A stretch of 64,000 nucleotides of DNA from Prochlorococcus sp. AG-402-K04 (GCA_003216895.1 QCID01000007.1:5102-69101); one strand, 5' to 3'. Counted from the stretch's first letter, positions 34,078-45,932 are shown. Notes: generated by a model not told the origin, from the sequence alone. Made by a program: numbers and translations.

Positions 34078-35901
34078 ATGCTTGAAATATCCACCAAATT
34101 AGAAGAAGCCCTTAACAGAGCTTTCATCAAGATATTCCCAAAAGAGGGTCGAAGTTCAAAAACTTCTTCAATACTTACAGGTTCTAACTTAGTCCCCGCA
34201 TCCAAGCCGGAATTTGGAGATTTTCAAATAAATTGTGCTTTATCACTGGCAAAAGAAATAAAACAACCTCCTCGTGATATTGCACAACAAATAGCTGATC
34301 AACTACAAGAAGATGATGATTTCGTTAAAATATGTAATCCACCACTCATTGCAGGTCCTGGTTTTATAAATCTATCCATAAAATCAAAAACACTGATATC
34401 GGAAATCCATTTTCGTTTAAATGATAAAAGATTGGGAGTGCCTCTAAAAAAATTTAGTAGTAACCAAATAGAAGAGCGAAAAAAAAATAACCGCGTGATT
34501 ATTGATTTTTCCAGTCCAAATATTGCTAAAGAAATGCATGTTGGGCACTTACGATCAACAATTATTGGAGACTCTTTAGCACGGGTTCTTGAATTCTGCG
34601 GTTATGAAGTCTTACGACTCAATCATGTGGGGGATTGGGGTACACAATTTGGCATGCTCATCACTCATCTAAAAGAGGTTGTACCAGAGGCACTCCATAC
34701 AAAAGATGTAGTAGAAATAAGCGATCTCGTAAATTTCTATCGTCAAGCAAAAAAAAGATTTGATGAAGATCATATCTTTCAAAATAAAGCTAGAAATGAG
34801 GTTGTCAATTTACAAGCAGGTGATCAAGAGAGTTTAATTGCGTGGCAATTACTCTGCAAACAATCCAGAAAAGAGTTTCAAAAGATCTACGATCGACTTG
34901 ATATCAAGCTTATTGAAAGAGGTGAGTCCTTTTATAACAAATTTTTAGTAGATGTTATTAATGATTTAAAAAATCAAAATCTACTAACAAATAATCAAGG
35001 AGCTGAATGTATCTTCCTGGATGGCGTAGTAGGAAAAGACGGCAAACCTCAACCAATAATTGTTCAAAAAAGTGACGGAGGTTTTAATTATGCAACCACT
35101 GATTTAGCTGCAATTAAATACAGATTAACTACTCCCCCGTATGGAGATGGAGCGTACCGGTTGATTTATGTCACAGATGCGGGGCAAGCATCACATTTTT
35201 CTGGAGTTTTTCAAATTGCAAAGCTTGCGAATTGGATTCCTACAGATTGTCAAATTGAGCATGTCCCCTTTGGTCTTGTTCAAGGAGAAGATGGTAAGAA
35301 ATTAAAAACCCGTTCTGGAGAAACAATTAAATTAGTAGACCTTCTGGATGAGGCAATTCAACGAGCAAGAGAAGATCTTAAAGATCGTCTCAACACTGAA
35401 AGTAGATCCGAAAATGAAAGTTTTATAGATAAAGTTTCTACAACAGTCGGGATTGCAGCTATCAAGTATGCGGATCTAAGTCAAAATAGAGTTTCTAACT
35501 ATCAATTTAGTTTTGATAAGATGCTCTCGTTGCAGGGAAATACAGCACCATATTTACTTTATGCATTGGTACGAATAGCCGGAATATCTCGCAAAGGTGG
35601 TGATTTAAATGTCTCAAGCCAAAATATTCAGTTCAATGAACCACAAGAATGGACCTTAATTCGCAAATTATTGCAACTTGATTGTATTATCGCTGAAGTC
35701 GAAAAAGAACTGCTTCCTAATCGTCTCTGCGGGTATTTATTTGAATTAAGTCAGGTTTTCAACAGATTCTATGATCAAGTTCCTATTTTAAAGACAAGCG
35801 AACCTGCTAGAACCAGCAGACTTGCTTTATGCTCTATCACTGCAGATACACTTAAACTTGGGATGAGTTTGTTAGGTATCCCCACTCTGGAAAGAATGTA
35901 A
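34078..35901 (+). CDS. argS: Arginine--tRNA ligase
   Basis: [31 protein letters not shown], terminal ERM. Confidence 0.98.
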   Translation: MLEISTKLEEALNRAFIKIFPKEGRSSKTSSILTGSNLVPASKPEFGDFQINCALSLAKEIKQPPRDIAQQIADQLQEDDDFVKICNPPLIAGPGFINLSIKSKTLISEIHFRLNDKRLGVPLKKFSSNQIEERKKNNRVIIDFSSPNIAKEMHVGHLRSTIIGDSLARVLEFCGYEVLRLNHVGDWGTQFGMLITHLKEVVPEALHTKDVVEISDLVNFYRQAKKRFDEDHIFQNKARNEVVNLQAGDQESLIAWQLLCKQSRKEFQKIYDRLDIKLIERGESFYNKFLVDVINDLKNQNLLTNNQGAECIFLDGVVGKDGKPQPIIVQKSDGGFNYATTDLAAIKYRLTTPPYGDGAYRLIYVTDAGQASHFSGVFQIAKLANWIPTDCQIEHVPFGLVQGEDGKKLKTRSGETIKLVDLLDEAIQRAREDLKDRLNTESRSENESFIDKVSTTVGIAAIKYADLSQNRVSNYQFSFDKMLSLQGNTAPYLLYALVRIAGISRKGGDLNVSSQNIQFNEPQEWTLIRKLLQLDCIIAEVEKELLPNRLCGYLFELSQVFNRFYDQVPILKTSEPARTSRLALCSITADTLKLGMSLLGIPTLERM

Positions 35902-37016
35902 TGGAAAAAACAGAAAATTCATTTGTTGATCTACCCAAGCCCAGGAAAGATATCGAGAATTTAAAGCCATATTCAGCACCACTGGAAGGAAGACGAAATT
36001 TACTAAGACTAGACTTTAATGAAAACACTATTGGACCAAGCCCACTAGTAATAAAATCTCTACGCGAAATAAGCAGAGATGAAATCTCTATTTATCCTGA
36101 ATACTCAGGTCTAAAAGAAAAAGTAGTAGAAACTCTCATTAAACAAAATCCAAGCATAAATATCAACTCATCTGAAGTTGGTATTTTTAATGGGGTAGAT
36201 GCAGCAATAAATGCTATTTTTCATGCCTATGGCGACTTTGATGATCTAATGCTAACAACAACACCTACTTTTGGATATTATACTCCTTGCGCACAAATGC
36301 GAGGAATGAAAATCAACTCAATTCCTTATGAGGGGCAAGATTTTCAATATCCATTTGATAGTATTTGCGAATTCATCACTCAAAATAATCCGAAAATTTT
36401 ACTCATCTGCAACCCCAATAATCCCACGGGAACAAGGTTAAGCCCAAAAAAAATTATAGAGATCACCAAACTTTCATCTAAAACACTAGTTGTTGTAGAT
36501 GAACTTTACGAGGCGTTTACAGGTGATAGTGTTCTACCATTTATAAATTTCCAAAAGACACCTAATCTTGTTGTATTAAGATCTCTTTCTAAAACTGCTG
36601 GTTTAGCAAGTTTAAGAATTGGGTTTGCTATGGGTCATTCCAAAATAATTAATATAGTTAATAGAGTCACTGGTCCTTATGACGTCAATAACTTTGCTGT
36701 GATTGCTGCTTTTGCAGCACTTAAAGATCAATCCTATATTGATTCGTACGTGAACGAAGTACTTGAGGCTCGTAATTGGATCAAAGATCAATTCGAGAAG
36801 AACAACGTTAAGCATCATATTGATGGAGGAAACTATTTTCTACTTTGGCCAAGGTCAAACCCAAAACAAGTTGAGCAAAAGTTAAAGTCATCTGGAATTC
36901 TAATTAGAAATATGGATAAGAAAACAAATTTAAAAGGCTCTATCAGAGTTAGCATTGGAACAATTGAGCAGATGAAAAGGTTCTGGTCAGTTTTCAAGAT
37001 TGTCGATGAAGTGTAG
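35901..37016 (+). CDS. hisC: Histidinol-phosphate aminotransferase family PLP enzyme
   Basis: LDFNEN, NPNNPTG, DELY, RSLSKTAGLASLRIG. Confidence 0.85.
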   Translation: MEKTENSFVDLPKPRKDIENLKPYSAPLEGRRNLLRLDFNENTIGPSPLVIKSLREISRDEISIYPEYSGLKEKVVETLIKQNPSININSSEVGIFNGVDAAINAIFHAYGDFDDLMLTTTPTFGYYTPCAQMRGMKINSIPYEGQDFQYPFDSICEFITQNNPKILLICNPNNPTGTRLSPKKIIEITKLSSKTLVVVDELYEAFTGDSVLPFINFQKTPNLVVLRSLSKTAGLASLRIGFAMGHSKIINIVNRVTGPYDVNNFAVIAAFAALKDQSYIDSYVNEVLEARNWIKDQFEKNNVKHHIDGGNYFLLWPRSNPKQVEQKLKSSGILIRNMDKKTNLKGSIRVSIGTIEQMKRFWSVFKIVDEV

Positions 37017-37055
37017 TTTATACTAATTCAAAACATCTAAATAAATTGAGATAGT

Positions 37056-37652
37056 CTAGGAAGCATCTGCTATATCCAAAAAATTAGAGAGTAACTTATG
37101 ACCAGCTTCGGTCAATACACTCTCCGGATGGAACTGTACCCCGTATATGTGCGGATAATCTTTATGAGTTATCCCCATAATTGTCTCATCCTCTAGCCAG
37201 GCTATAACCTCTAAGCATTCAGGGAAACCTTCTCTCTCCGCAATTAAGCTATGGTATCTAGTTGCTACTAAGGGATTAGGCAAATCTTTAAATATTCCTG
37301 TACCTCTATGTAAAACATTAGATGTTTTACCATGCATTAATTCTTTAGCTCTGATTATTTTTCCACCGAACGCTTGAGTAATAGCTTGATGACCAAGACA
37401 GACACCAAGCGTTGGTACTTCAATTGACAACTCAGATAAAATATCCAGACAAACTCCAGATTGATTAGGATCTCCTGGACCAGGAGATAACAAAATCGCA
37501 TCTGGATTTAAATCTTTAATCTCACTGATCGTCAGAGCATCATTACGTTCGACTCTGATTTCAGATGCAATAGGATGCTTAGAAGCTAGTTCGCCCAAAT
37601 ATTGAACGAGATTGTAAGTGAAACTGTCATAATTGTCGATCACTAAAAACAT
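37056..37652 (-). CDS. trpG: Anthranilate/ADC synthase component II (glutamine amidotransferase)
   Basis: IDNYDSFTYN, SPGPG, GVCLGHQ, RYHSL, QFHPES. Confidence 0.92.
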   Translation of the reverse strand: MFLVIDNYDSFTYNLVQYLGELASKHPIASEIRVERNDALTISEIKDLNPDAILLSPGPGDPNQSGVCLDILSELSIEVPTLGVCLGHQAITQAFGGKIIRAKELMHGKTSNVLHRGTGIFKDLPNPLVATRYHSLIAEREGFPECLEVIAWLEDETIMGITHKDYPHIYGVQFHPESVLTEAGHKLLSNFLDIADAS

Positions 37653-37665
37653 AATTTTTAAGCCA

Positions 37666-38124
37666 TTAAATTCCTAACTTTTGAAGTAATGGAGGAAATA
37701 ATAATAAAACAGCAATCAGCACCGAACTAATTGAAGCTACTAAAACTGCCCCAGCTGAACAATCTTTAGCGATTTGAGCGAGAGGATGAAATCGTTTCCC
37801 AATAGACAAATCAACAACAGATTCAATCGCTGTATTAAGCAATTCAACTACTAACACACTAGTGGCTGTAAGGGCCATTATCGCTAAATCACTTTTATTA
37901 AGGCCTAAAAAAAAGCTCAAGCCAAATGCACCCAATGCAAAACCAACATGAATCCGGAAATTTCTCTGGGTTGAAAAAGCATATTTTAAGCCTTTAGCTG
38001 CATACAAAAAACTAGTTGGTAAATCTTTAGCTATCTTCCACGATGACCTTTTATTGGATCTTTGAAAAGTTTTAGACATGTCCCTAACTTCTCTTTTAGA
38101 GTCACTGGATATCTCAGGAACCAT
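37666..38124 (-). CDS. dgkA: Diacylglycerol/undecaprenol kinase (DgkA family)
   Basis: QRNFRIH, ELLNTAIESVVD, AKDCSAGAVL. Confidence 0.9.
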   Translation of the reverse strand: MVPEISSDSKREVRDMSKTFQRSNKRSSWKIAKDLPTSFLYAAKGLKYAFSTQRNFRIHVGFALGAFGLSFFLGLNKSDLAIMALTATSVLVVELLNTAIESVVDLSIGKRFHPLAQIAKDCSAGAVLVASISSVLIAVLLLFPPLLQKLGI

Positions 38125-38147
38125 ATTTGTGAGTCTTCAATCTTATT

Positions 38148-38702
38148 TTAAAGAATACCTCTAATATCAAGAAGTTGCTCTTGAATTAAAAGCATTTTGT
38201 TAAGACTCTCTTCGTCACTATGGTCCCAACCCAAAAGGTGTAAAAGGCCATGAGTTACAAGCCATCTAAGTTCTCTACATAAATCAACATTATTATCTTT
38301 GGCTTGTCTGATTGCTGTCGGGATTGAGATAACAATGTCACCCAATTCAATAAATTCATTATTCACACCAAAAAACGTCTCATCAATAATGGGAAATGAA
38401 AGCACATCTGTACTTTTTGATTGCCCGAGCCAGACATGATTCAAATCAAGAATTTTTTGATCATTTGTTAATTCCAACCCCAAACTAAGTTGAGATGCAT
38501 TCCTTACTATTTCAGGACACTTCAATGATTCATTTACTTGAATAAATCTAAGCCAACTGCCTATCTCCTTAATCCATGTACTTGGATTTTTAATCAACTC
38601 TAAAGTCTCACTCTTGACAGAGACATCTAAATCTTCAACGGGGAAGGGTGTAAAAGAAAGATCTACATCTAATTTATAAGAACTAGTCGAATAATTCTCC
38701 AT
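38148..38702 (-). CDS. ybeY: rRNA maturation RNase YbeY
   Basis: TDVLSFP, LGDIVIS, HGLLHLLGWDH; likely ATG at 38702. Confidence 0.94.
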   Translation of the reverse strand: MENYSTSSYKLDVDLSFTPFPVEDLDVSVKSETLELIKNPSTWIKEIGSWLRFIQVNESLKCPEIVRNASQLSLGLELTNDQKILDLNHVWLGQSKSTDVLSFPIIDETFFGVNNEFIELGDIVISIPTAIRQAKDNNVDLCRELRWLVTHGLLHLLGWDHSDEESLNKMLLIQEQLLDIRGIL

Positions 38703-38706
38703 CAAG

Positions 38707-38898
38707 TTATTGAGGGATATGGGGTTTCCCAAGCACAGCAACTAAAAGAATAAATCCAAGAAAGCCCAAAGCTGTTAAACCAAAATGTGAAAGGCTTTGA
38801 CTACCTTTCCGAACCATATTTTTCATCGCAAGTTTGACAAAGCTTGGGGGTGGCGTTCCTTTCTTGGCAACGTCATCAGAAATAATTTTATTATTCAT
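38707..38898 (-). CDS. DUF3285-like small membrane protein
   Basis: PPSFVKLAMKNMVRKG followed by a TM helix; lies between prfB and ybeY. Confidence 0.8.
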   Translation of the reverse strand: MNNKIISDDVAKKGTPPPSFVKLAMKNMVRKGSQSLSHFGLTALGFLGFILLVAVLGKPHIPQ

Positions 38899-38909
38899 AT
38901 CTAGTTGAT

Positions 38910-40020
38910 TTATGATTCTTCAATATTTTGCCTTAAAAGAGACTGAATAAAAATATCTATTTCCCCATTCATGACTGAATCTACATCTGCTGTCTCTTGT
39001 TCAGTACGTAAATCTTTTACCATTTGATAAGGGTGAAAAACATAATTTCTAATTTGATTTCCCCACGCAGCTTCAACAATATCCCCCCGAATATCTGCAA
39101 TCTCTGCAGCCCTTTGCTCTACTGCTATGACCATTAATTTTGATTTTAATAGTGCCATTGCCTTGTCTTTATTTTGAAGCTGAGATCTTTCTTGTGTACA
39201 TCTAACTGCAATACCCGTAGGCACATGAAGAATTCGAACCGCAGTCTCAACTTTATTTACATTTTGCCCACCTGCTCCACCTGAGCGACTTGTCGTAATT
39301 TCTAAATCCTTTTCAGGAATCTCAAGTTCAACCTCTTCATTAAGTTTTGGCATAACTTCAACTCCAGCGAAACTCGTCTGTCGCTTTCCGTTAGCATTAA
39401 AAGGGGAAATTCTGACTAAACGATGAGTTCCTTTTTCATTTTGTAAAAAACCATATGCGTAAACTCCTTGTATTTCGATAGTGACACTTTTTATTCCAGC
39501 TTCCTCTCCCTCTGAAAGTTCATTAATAATTACTTTCATACCATTATTTTCAGCCCAACGCGTATACATCCTTAGAAGCATTTGGGCCCAATCTTGGGCA
39601 TCAGTTCCTCCAGCACCGGCATTAATGGAGAGAACTGCACCCTCCTTATCATAGGTACCACTTAAGAGCCGCTCCGTCTCCCAACGTTCCAGTTCTTGTT
39701 TTAATTTCTCAAGCCCATTGTGAGCCTCAGAAAGGATTTCTTCATCCGGATCTAATTCAAAAAGCTCTAACGAAAGATTTGCATCCTCAATAGCGCCCCT
39801 CCATGTAATTAATTTTTCCAACTCTGCTTTAATATCATCAAGTTGACGCATCTGTTTTTGCGCATTTTTAGGATCGTTCCAAAACTCAGGTTGCGATGCA
39901 ACTTGCTCTAAATCCTTTTTTCTAGCGAGTAATGCAGGTTCGTCAAAGACAATCCTGGGCTTTACCCAGGCGAGCAGTCAATAAAGAAAGGTCTCTTTTA
40001 AAATCAGTCAGGTCTTGCAA
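38910..40020 (-). CDS. prfB: Peptide chain release factor 2 (programmed +1 frameshift at 39948-39942)
   Basis: TTG start 40020: (M)[24 protein letters not shown] then CTT-TGA-C; the +1 frame continues [14 protein letters not shown] into the ORF with SPF and GGQ motifs; about 369 aa. Confidence 0.96.
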
Positions 40021-40078
40021 ACGAAGTAATAGAATCAATACATTAAAAGCTATCAGCATATCCACCCAAAAACTATAA

Positions 40079-40369
40079 ATGAACAGATCAATTCCCGATT
40101 CAGGCATTACTACGGTGGAAATATACACCTGGAGATTTTGCCCATTTTGCATACGTGCAAAAGCACTACTAAATGAAAAAGGAGTCCAATTCACAGAATA
40201 TTCTATTGATGGAGACGATGGTGCAAGAACAAAAATGTCTGAAAGAGCAGGAGGTCGCAGAACTGTTCCACAAATTTTTATTAATGGAAAAAGTATTGGA
40301 GGTTGCGACGAACTCTACGAACTTGAGAGAAATAATGAATTAAATGAACTAATTGGAATTAGAAATTGA
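40079..40369 (+). CDS. grxC: Glutaredoxin 3
   Basis: CPFC, TVPQIFI, GGCD. Confidence 0.94.
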   Translation: MNRSIPDSGITTVEIYTWRFCPFCIRAKALLNEKGVQFTEYSIDGDDGARTKMSERAGGRRTVPQIFINGKSIGGCDELYELERNNELNELIGIRN

Positions 40370-40372
40370 TTC

Positions 40373-41302
40373 ATGAAGCAACTATTTGTTTTAGACCCAA
40401 TTGAAAATATTAATCCCAATAAGGATTCATCAGCAGCACTTATGCAAGCCGCATCAAGAGCCAAAATAGATGTTTGGATCTGTACTCCCTCGGACTTGCA
40501 AGCCCGAGGAGACGATGCATGGGTCGTTTCCCACAAAGTCAATTGTGAACCATGGATCAATGTCCAGGCATCTCAAAGCATTCCTTTAAAAGATTTCTCA
40601 TGCATTTGGATGCGCAAAGATCCACCTGTTGACGAGGCTTTTTTATACGCAACTCATTTATTAGAAGTTGCAGAAAGAGATGGAGTCAATGTAATTAACA
40701 GGCCTGCATCACTAAGAGCTTGGAATGAAAAGTTAGGAGCTCTAAGATTTAGTAAATTGATGGCTCCCACTCTTGTCGCTAGCAGGGTGGAACAATTAAT
40801 TACATTTGCGAAAGAGTACGGAGAAGTTGTTTTGAAGCCACTTGGAGGAAAAGGTGGGCAAGGAGTTATACGAGTTGCAAAGGATGCTCCGGGCTTAGAA
40901 GCATTACTCGAACTGGTTACTTCACAAGAACATTTGCCAGTGATGATGCAACAATTCCTACCAGAAGTAACAAATGGCGATAAAAGAATCCTTTTAGTTA
41001 ATGGAGAACCATTAGGTGCAATTAATAGACGTCCAAAAAAAGGAGACTTCAGAAGCAACCTTGCTTTAGGTGGAAAAGCTGAGATAACTAAATTAACTCA
41101 TAGAGAAATAGAAATATGCGATCAAATAAAGCCTGCTTTACAAGATGAAGGTCTCTTTTTTGTTGGAATAGATGTTATTGGAGGGATGCTCAGTGAGATT
41201 AATGTTACGAGTCCAACAGGTATCAGAGAAGTAGAGAACCTAATGAATATTCCATTAGCAGATCAAATAATTGATTACCTTATAGATCATTTGAAGAATT
41301 AA
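40373..41302 (+). CDS. gshB: Glutathione synthetase
   Basis: [33 protein letters not shown]. Confidence 0.97.
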   Translation: MKQLFVLDPIENINPNKDSSAALMQAASRAKIDVWICTPSDLQARGDDAWVVSHKVNCEPWINVQASQSIPLKDFSCIWMRKDPPVDEAFLYATHLLEVAERDGVNVINRPASLRAWNEKLGALRFSKLMAPTLVASRVEQLITFAKEYGEVVLKPLGGKGGQGVIRVAKDAPGLEALLELVTSQEHLPVMMQQFLPEVTNGDKRILLVNGEPLGAINRRPKKGDFRSNLALGGKAEITKLTHREIEICDQIKPALQDEGLFFVGIDVIGGMLSEINVTSPTGIREVENLMNIPLADQIIDYLIDHLKN

Positions 41303-42680
41303 CTCTATCTAAGTTTAATTGATTTCTTAAAACTTCAAATTTCAAAGCTACTTCTTGCAATTCCCCCTCAACCGTTGATCCTTTTACTAGTCCAGCGCCA
41401 GCAAATAATTTAAGTTCATCACCTCTCACCTGTCCGTAACGAATGGCCACCCTAAATTCAGAATTATGATTTTTGTCTATCCATCCAATTGGAGAAGCAT
41501 ATGTTTGACGCTCAAATGGTTCTAAAGCTCTCAACCAACTCAAAGATTTACTCAAAGGCAATCCAGCAACAGCAGGAGTTGGATGAAGCGCTTCAACCAA
41601 GCAAAGAGGAGATTTATCTCTGACATAAGCTTGAATAAGAGTATGCAAATGAATTAAATGGCCTTGAGTAATTAATTTTGGTTGAGATGGATGACTTGCT
41701 TTAATACCTTTTTTTAAAAGTTGTTCGACAATGGAGTTAACTACAAAATGGTGTTCTCTTAAATCTTTAGAGGATGCAAGTAATTCTTTTCCATCATCGC
41801 CTTTTTTTGCAGTACCAGCCAAAGCATCGATTAATAGCTTATTTTGATTGAGACTTATCAATCTCTCAGGTGATGCACCAAAAAATGACTCGTCATGATT
41901 TTTTTGCCATAGGAATCGACAACTATTAGTTTGCTGAACTCTTAAGCGAGCAAGTAAGTTCAGTGGATCTAATGGTTTCCTTAGAGAAAGACGTTGTCTC
42001 GTAGCCAATACAAGTTTATCCAAATCACCTGCATTTATTAATTCGATCCCTTTAGCTAACGCATCTCGATATTGAGATTTCCAATCATCAGAAAAATTAT
42101 CGACTAAGAAATTTTCTTTCACTTCATGGACAATTCGGACTGGTGATCTATTTATCTTTTCTCGAATTGACCATAATCTTTCAATGGCCTCACGAACATC
42201 TGAAGGGTTTTGGGTAACTGAATTTAAACGTAACCATGTCAATCCATCTTTTGCAGTTAATTGCCACTTAGGCAAAACAGCCTGCAGGGAAAATTTATCA
42301 TCTATTGATTTTTCATTATTTTTAATTTGATCAAAGAAAGAAAATGAAAATAAAATCCTTGATGCTGAGAATGATGGATTTGGAGAAGTATCTATCAATC
42401 GAGTAAAAATCTCATCACTAAACCTTTGTGCATTTTCAAACCTCTTTGGTCCAGATAAATCCAAAGATTGACAATGTCCTCCGGCAGAAATGCACAATCC
42501 AGGAGAGAGATCCCAAAGAAATCTAAAATGATGTTTTTCAGCAATTAAAGGTAATGTCATTAGAGGATCTGTTTGACTTACAGGGACAGAAACGCTCAAA
42601 ATACATTCATCAACTTTTCGTTGACTCCATTTAAGAAGAGAACCAACTAAAAGCTCACTAAAAACAGGTTCTAAATTCAT
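41280..42680 (-). CDS. menF: Isochorismate synthase
   Basis: [40 protein letters not shown]. Confidence 0.93.
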   Translation of the reverse strand: MNLEPVFSELLVGSLLKWSQRKVDECILSVSVPVSQTDPLMTLPLIAEKHHFRFLWDLSPGLCISAGGHCQSLDLSGPKRFENAQRFSDEIFTRLIDTSPNPSFSASRILFSFSFFDQIKNNEKSIDDKFSLQAVLPKWQLTAKDGLTWLRLNSVTQNPSDVREAIERLWSIREKINRSPVRIVHEVKENFLVDNFSDDWKSQYRDALAKGIELINAGDLDKLVLATRQRLSLRKPLDPLNLLARLRVQQTNSCRFLWQKNHDESFFGASPERLISLNQNKLLIDALAGTAKKGDDGKELLASSKDLREHHFVVNSIVEQLLKKGIKASHPSQPKLITQGHLIHLHTLIQAYVRDKSPLCLVEALHPTPAVAGLPLSKSLSWLRALEPFERQTYASPIGWIDKNHNSEFRVAIRYGQVRGDELKLFAGAGLVKGSTVEGELQEVALKFEVLRNQLNLDRVNSSNDL

Positions 42681-42725
42681 CTCTAATTAGAGCCTTTAAA
42701 CATAAATAAACCAATACAGGAACTG

Positions 42726-43703
42726 TTGCCTAGTCTTAAGAAAGGAACCAAGAAACAAACAGAACAGGTTATTTTATCAGTGAAGTCTTCTACATCTGAA
42801 AGAAAACATCTTTGGCAAGCGGCAATTAAGTGGCCATTGTATTCAGTCGCAATAATGCCTGTAATTTTATCTGCAGGATGGGAGCTAGGAAATAATGGCA
42901 ATATTCGTGTAGGACAATTCATCGGTTTTCTAATTGCCTCTATCTTGATTTTGATTTGGGAAAACCTTACCAATGATCTTTTTGACGATGAAACTGGTGT
43001 TGACAAATACAAATTCCACTCGGTAGTCGCTTTAACAGGTAATAAAACCACTGTAAGTCGAGTTGCATATTTTTCTCTTTTATTAGGTTTATTTATCATA
43101 TTTATCCTTGCTCTAAACAGTAAAATAACAGTACTTTTTTTGGTCTTAATTTGTTGTTTCCTAGGATATTTATATCAAGGACCACCATTCAGACTGGGGT
43201 ATAAGGGGTTGGGTGAACCCCTTTGCTGGATTGCCTTTGGCCCCTTTGCGACAGCTGCAGCACTCATTGTTATTTCTCCAAAATCTAATATTCATTTCAT
43301 CCCTTGGGGAACAGCACTGATGGTTGGAGCAGGTCCAGCGATGGCGACCACTTTGGTTCTGTTCTGTTCGCATTTTCATCAAATCAACCAAGATGCTGCA
43401 GTCGGTAAAAAATCACCCTTAGTTGTTTTAGGCACTCATCGAGCGGCAGAATTTTTACCGTGGGTAGTTGGTCTTATATTTTTATTAGAATTATTACCCG
43501 TAATGAGTGGCATATGGCCAATAACGACTCTTATATGTTTAATTAGCCTTCCTTCAGGTATAGATCTGATCAAATTAATTAAAAGACATCACAATCAACC
43601 AGAGCTTATTAAAAACAGTAAGTTTTTAGCTTTACGCTTTCAGACAATTAATGGTTTATGCTTGAGTGTAGGTTTTGCTATATCCTCATTTTTTTATAAT
43701 TAA
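42726..43703 (+). CDS. menA: DHNA phytyl/prenyltransferase
   Basis: NLTNDLFDDETGVD, YQGPPFRLGYKGLGE, D...GKKSP. Confidence 0.93.
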   Translation: MPSLKKGTKKQTEQVILSVKSSTSERKHLWQAAIKWPLYSVAIMPVILSAGWELGNNGNIRVGQFIGFLIASILILIWENLTNDLFDDETGVDKYKFHSVVALTGNKTTVSRVAYFSLLLGLFIIFILALNSKITVLFLVLICCFLGYLYQGPPFRLGYKGLGEPLCWIAFGPFATAAALIVISPKSNIHFIPWGTALMVGAGPAMATTLVLFCSHFHQINQDAAVGKKSPLVVLGTHRAAEFLPWVVGLIFLLELLPVMSGIWPITTLICLISLPSGIDLIKLIKRHHNQPELIKNSKFLALRFQTINGLCLSVGFAISSFFYN

Positions 43704-43722
43704 TTTTTGATTTTGTTGAATC

Positions 43723-44700
43723 ATGAAATTAATAATTAATTTCAAACCATTTTCATTTCAACTAACAAAAAAGTTAATCACCTCACAAGGAATTATTCAT
43801 AGAAAGGTAGGTTTATTGTTGCAAATAAAAGACTCAGATGGGAATTGCGGATGGGGTGAAGTATCACCTTTTGAGACAAATGAATTAAAAAAAAGTATAG
43901 AAAGTCTTGATTTCATTGGGAAACAAACTACAAAAGATTCAATAGAAAATTATTTATCTGAATTAGAAGGACTAGGAGCACTCACTTTCGGATTGGGAGC
44001 CTCCTTAGCCGATTTAGAAAATTTAACTATAAAAAAGCTAGATTTTGAAGGATTTGACATCACAAAATCAGCTTACCTTTTGCCTACAGATATAGATCCT
44101 TTAGAGTCAATATTTAACTATATAGATAGATCCAATGAAAAGAAAAGTTCATGTACAATAAAATGGAAAGTATCTAACCAAGAAGATAACTGTAAGGAAG
44201 AGAAAATATTACAAAAAATCTTAGATATTCTCCCAAACAATTTCAAACTTAGAATTGATCCAAATGGAGGGTGGAGTCGTCAAAAAGCACAAGAATGGAG
44301 TAACGAACTCAAAAACGAAACTCGTTTGGAATGGATTGAACAGCCACTCCCATCAAAAGATATTGAAGGTTTATTTTCATTAGCCAATCAAATCCCAATT
44401 GCACTAGATGAATCTTTGGTTCAATTTCCATATTTACGAAAAGCATGGAAAAGTTGGCAAATACGTCGCCCTGCATTAGATGGTGATCCCAGATTACTCT
44501 TAAAAGAAATAGAACAAGAATATAGTCGCACAGTAATAAGCACTGCTTTTGAAACTGGTATTGGTAGAAGGTGGATTAATCACCTAGCTGCCAGGCAAAT
44601 CAAAGGGAAAAATCCTTGTGCACCTGGCCTTGCACCTGGATGGTGCCCCAAAGGTCCACTCTTTAACAACAATCCTAAATTAGTCTGGGAAGCCGCATGA
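43723..44700 (+). CDS. menC: o-succinylbenzoate synthase
   Basis: GWGEVSP, KWK, RIDPNG, EQP, ALDES; men cluster context. Confidence 0.88.
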   Translation: MKLIINFKPFSFQLTKKLITSQGIIHRKVGLLLQIKDSDGNCGWGEVSPFETNELKKSIESLDFIGKQTTKDSIENYLSELEGLGALTFGLGASLADLENLTIKKLDFEGFDITKSAYLLPTDIDPLESIFNYIDRSNEKKSSCTIKWKVSNQEDNCKEEKILQKILDILPNNFKLRIDPNGGWSRQKAQEWSNELKNETRLEWIEQPLPSKDIEGLFSLANQIPIALDESLVQFPYLRKAWKSWQIRRPALDGDPRLLLKEIEQEYSRTVISTAFETGIGRRWINHLAARQIKGKNPCAPGLAPGWCPKGPLFNNNPKLVWEAA

Positions 44701-45932
44701 CAAAAATTGTAGTTGTAAAATGTATTCCTGAAAAAAACCTGGAATGTTCACAAGACATTCTAAAGAATTTTGAAAAGCATAACTGGATATATTTGGCGCC
44801 TCCAAAAGATCAAACAAAAATTTCCACATCGTCAACTTTACCTGAAGGAGAAGGAATAATCATTTCTAGCGGAGGCAGTATTGGAGGACCAAGTCTATGT
44901 TTACAACCAATTAAAAATTTAACTGATTCGGCTTTAGCAACAGGAAAGTGGTTAAAGAATCATGGCTTTAATCCAAATGAGTGCATCATTCTGAATTCAC
45001 TACCTTTACACCATATAAGTGGCTTCATGCCATGGTGGAGACATCACACATGGCGATCAGAGTATCACTGGATTTCACCTTCTTTAATGCATAAACCACT
45101 TCAACTTAAGCAATTTAGTGAAGCATTAACTAATAAACATAGACGTCCATTGATTACATCACTAGTCCCAACTCAGTTATTGTCTTTGATTAATAATCCT
45201 GATGGTTTAAAATGGCTTCAATCTCTAGCTATCATCTGGGTTGGAGGAGCTTCGATCCCTAGAGACCTTGCTGACAAAGCTCGAAGCAAGTCCATTAATT
45301 TAGCTCCTTGTTATGGAACCACCGAAACTGTAGCAATGGTGACTTGCCTGAGTCCCAAAGATTTTTTAAAAGGAAGTAATAGTGTTGGATTCCCTCTCGA
45401 AGATGTTGAGATAGACATCAACAAAAGAAATTCACTTAAGATTAAAACTAGTAGGATTGCAACTTCAAAATGGAAGAATGATAAATTCGAATCAATTACA
45501 GACAGAAATGGATGGTGGGAAGCAGGCGATTTAGCGCAATACATCACTCTCGAGAATAGAAAAGCAATACAAATCCTTGGCAGAAGAGATTCAGCTATAA
45601 ATTCAGGTGGTGAAACGATTTTCCCAGATGACATCGAAATGGAATTAATGCAAATCATCTCAAAAAATCAACTCCCAATTAAAGACATTTTTGTACTAGG
45701 AGTTAGCGATAAGAAATGGGGACAACGTTTAGTTGTATTAACTAAATTCAAAGAGAAAGGAATCAACAGATATCCAATCATCTCACTTCTGACTGATCTC
45801 ATTGATGACTGGCAACCATCCAAAAAGCCACTGAGCTGGTACGATTGTCCAAAACTTTCAAGAAATATCAATAAAAAATGGGAAATAAATAAGTGGCGAG
45901 ATTGGATAGCCTTTAACAGACCTATTAACTAA
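44697..45932 (+). CDS. menE: o-succinylbenzoate--CoA ligase
   Basis: LPLHHISG, SLVPTQL, YGTTET, GRRD..INSGGE; men cluster. Confidence 0.85.
   Translation: MTKIVVVKCIPEKNLECSQDILKNFEKHNWIYLAPPKDQTKISTSSTLPEGEGIIISSGGSIGGPSLCLQPIKNLTDSALATGKWLKNHGFNPNECIILNSLPLHHISGFMPWWRHHTWRSEYHWISPSLMHKPLQLKQFSEALTNKHRRPLITSLVPTQLLSLINNPDGLKWLQSLAIIWVGGASIPRDLADKARSKSINLAPCYGTTETVAMVTCLSPKDFLKGSNSVGFPLEDVEIDINKRNSLKIKTSRIATSKWKNDKFESITDRNGWWEAGDLAQYITLENRKAIQILGRRDSAINSGGETIFPDDIEMELMQIISKNQLPIKDIFVLGVSDKKWGQRLVVLTKFKEKGINRYPIISLLTDLIDDWQPSKKPLSWYDCPKLSRNINKKWEINKWRDWIAFNRPIN

Noticed and set aside
38910-40194. prfB as a pseudogene, and a separate 83-aa gene at 39943-40194
   Set aside because: Explained by the canonical RF2 frameshift; the extra upstream part overlaps grxC antisense.
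42683-43391. Minus-strand ORFs of 138 aa and 73 aa
   Set aside because: Antisense to menA.
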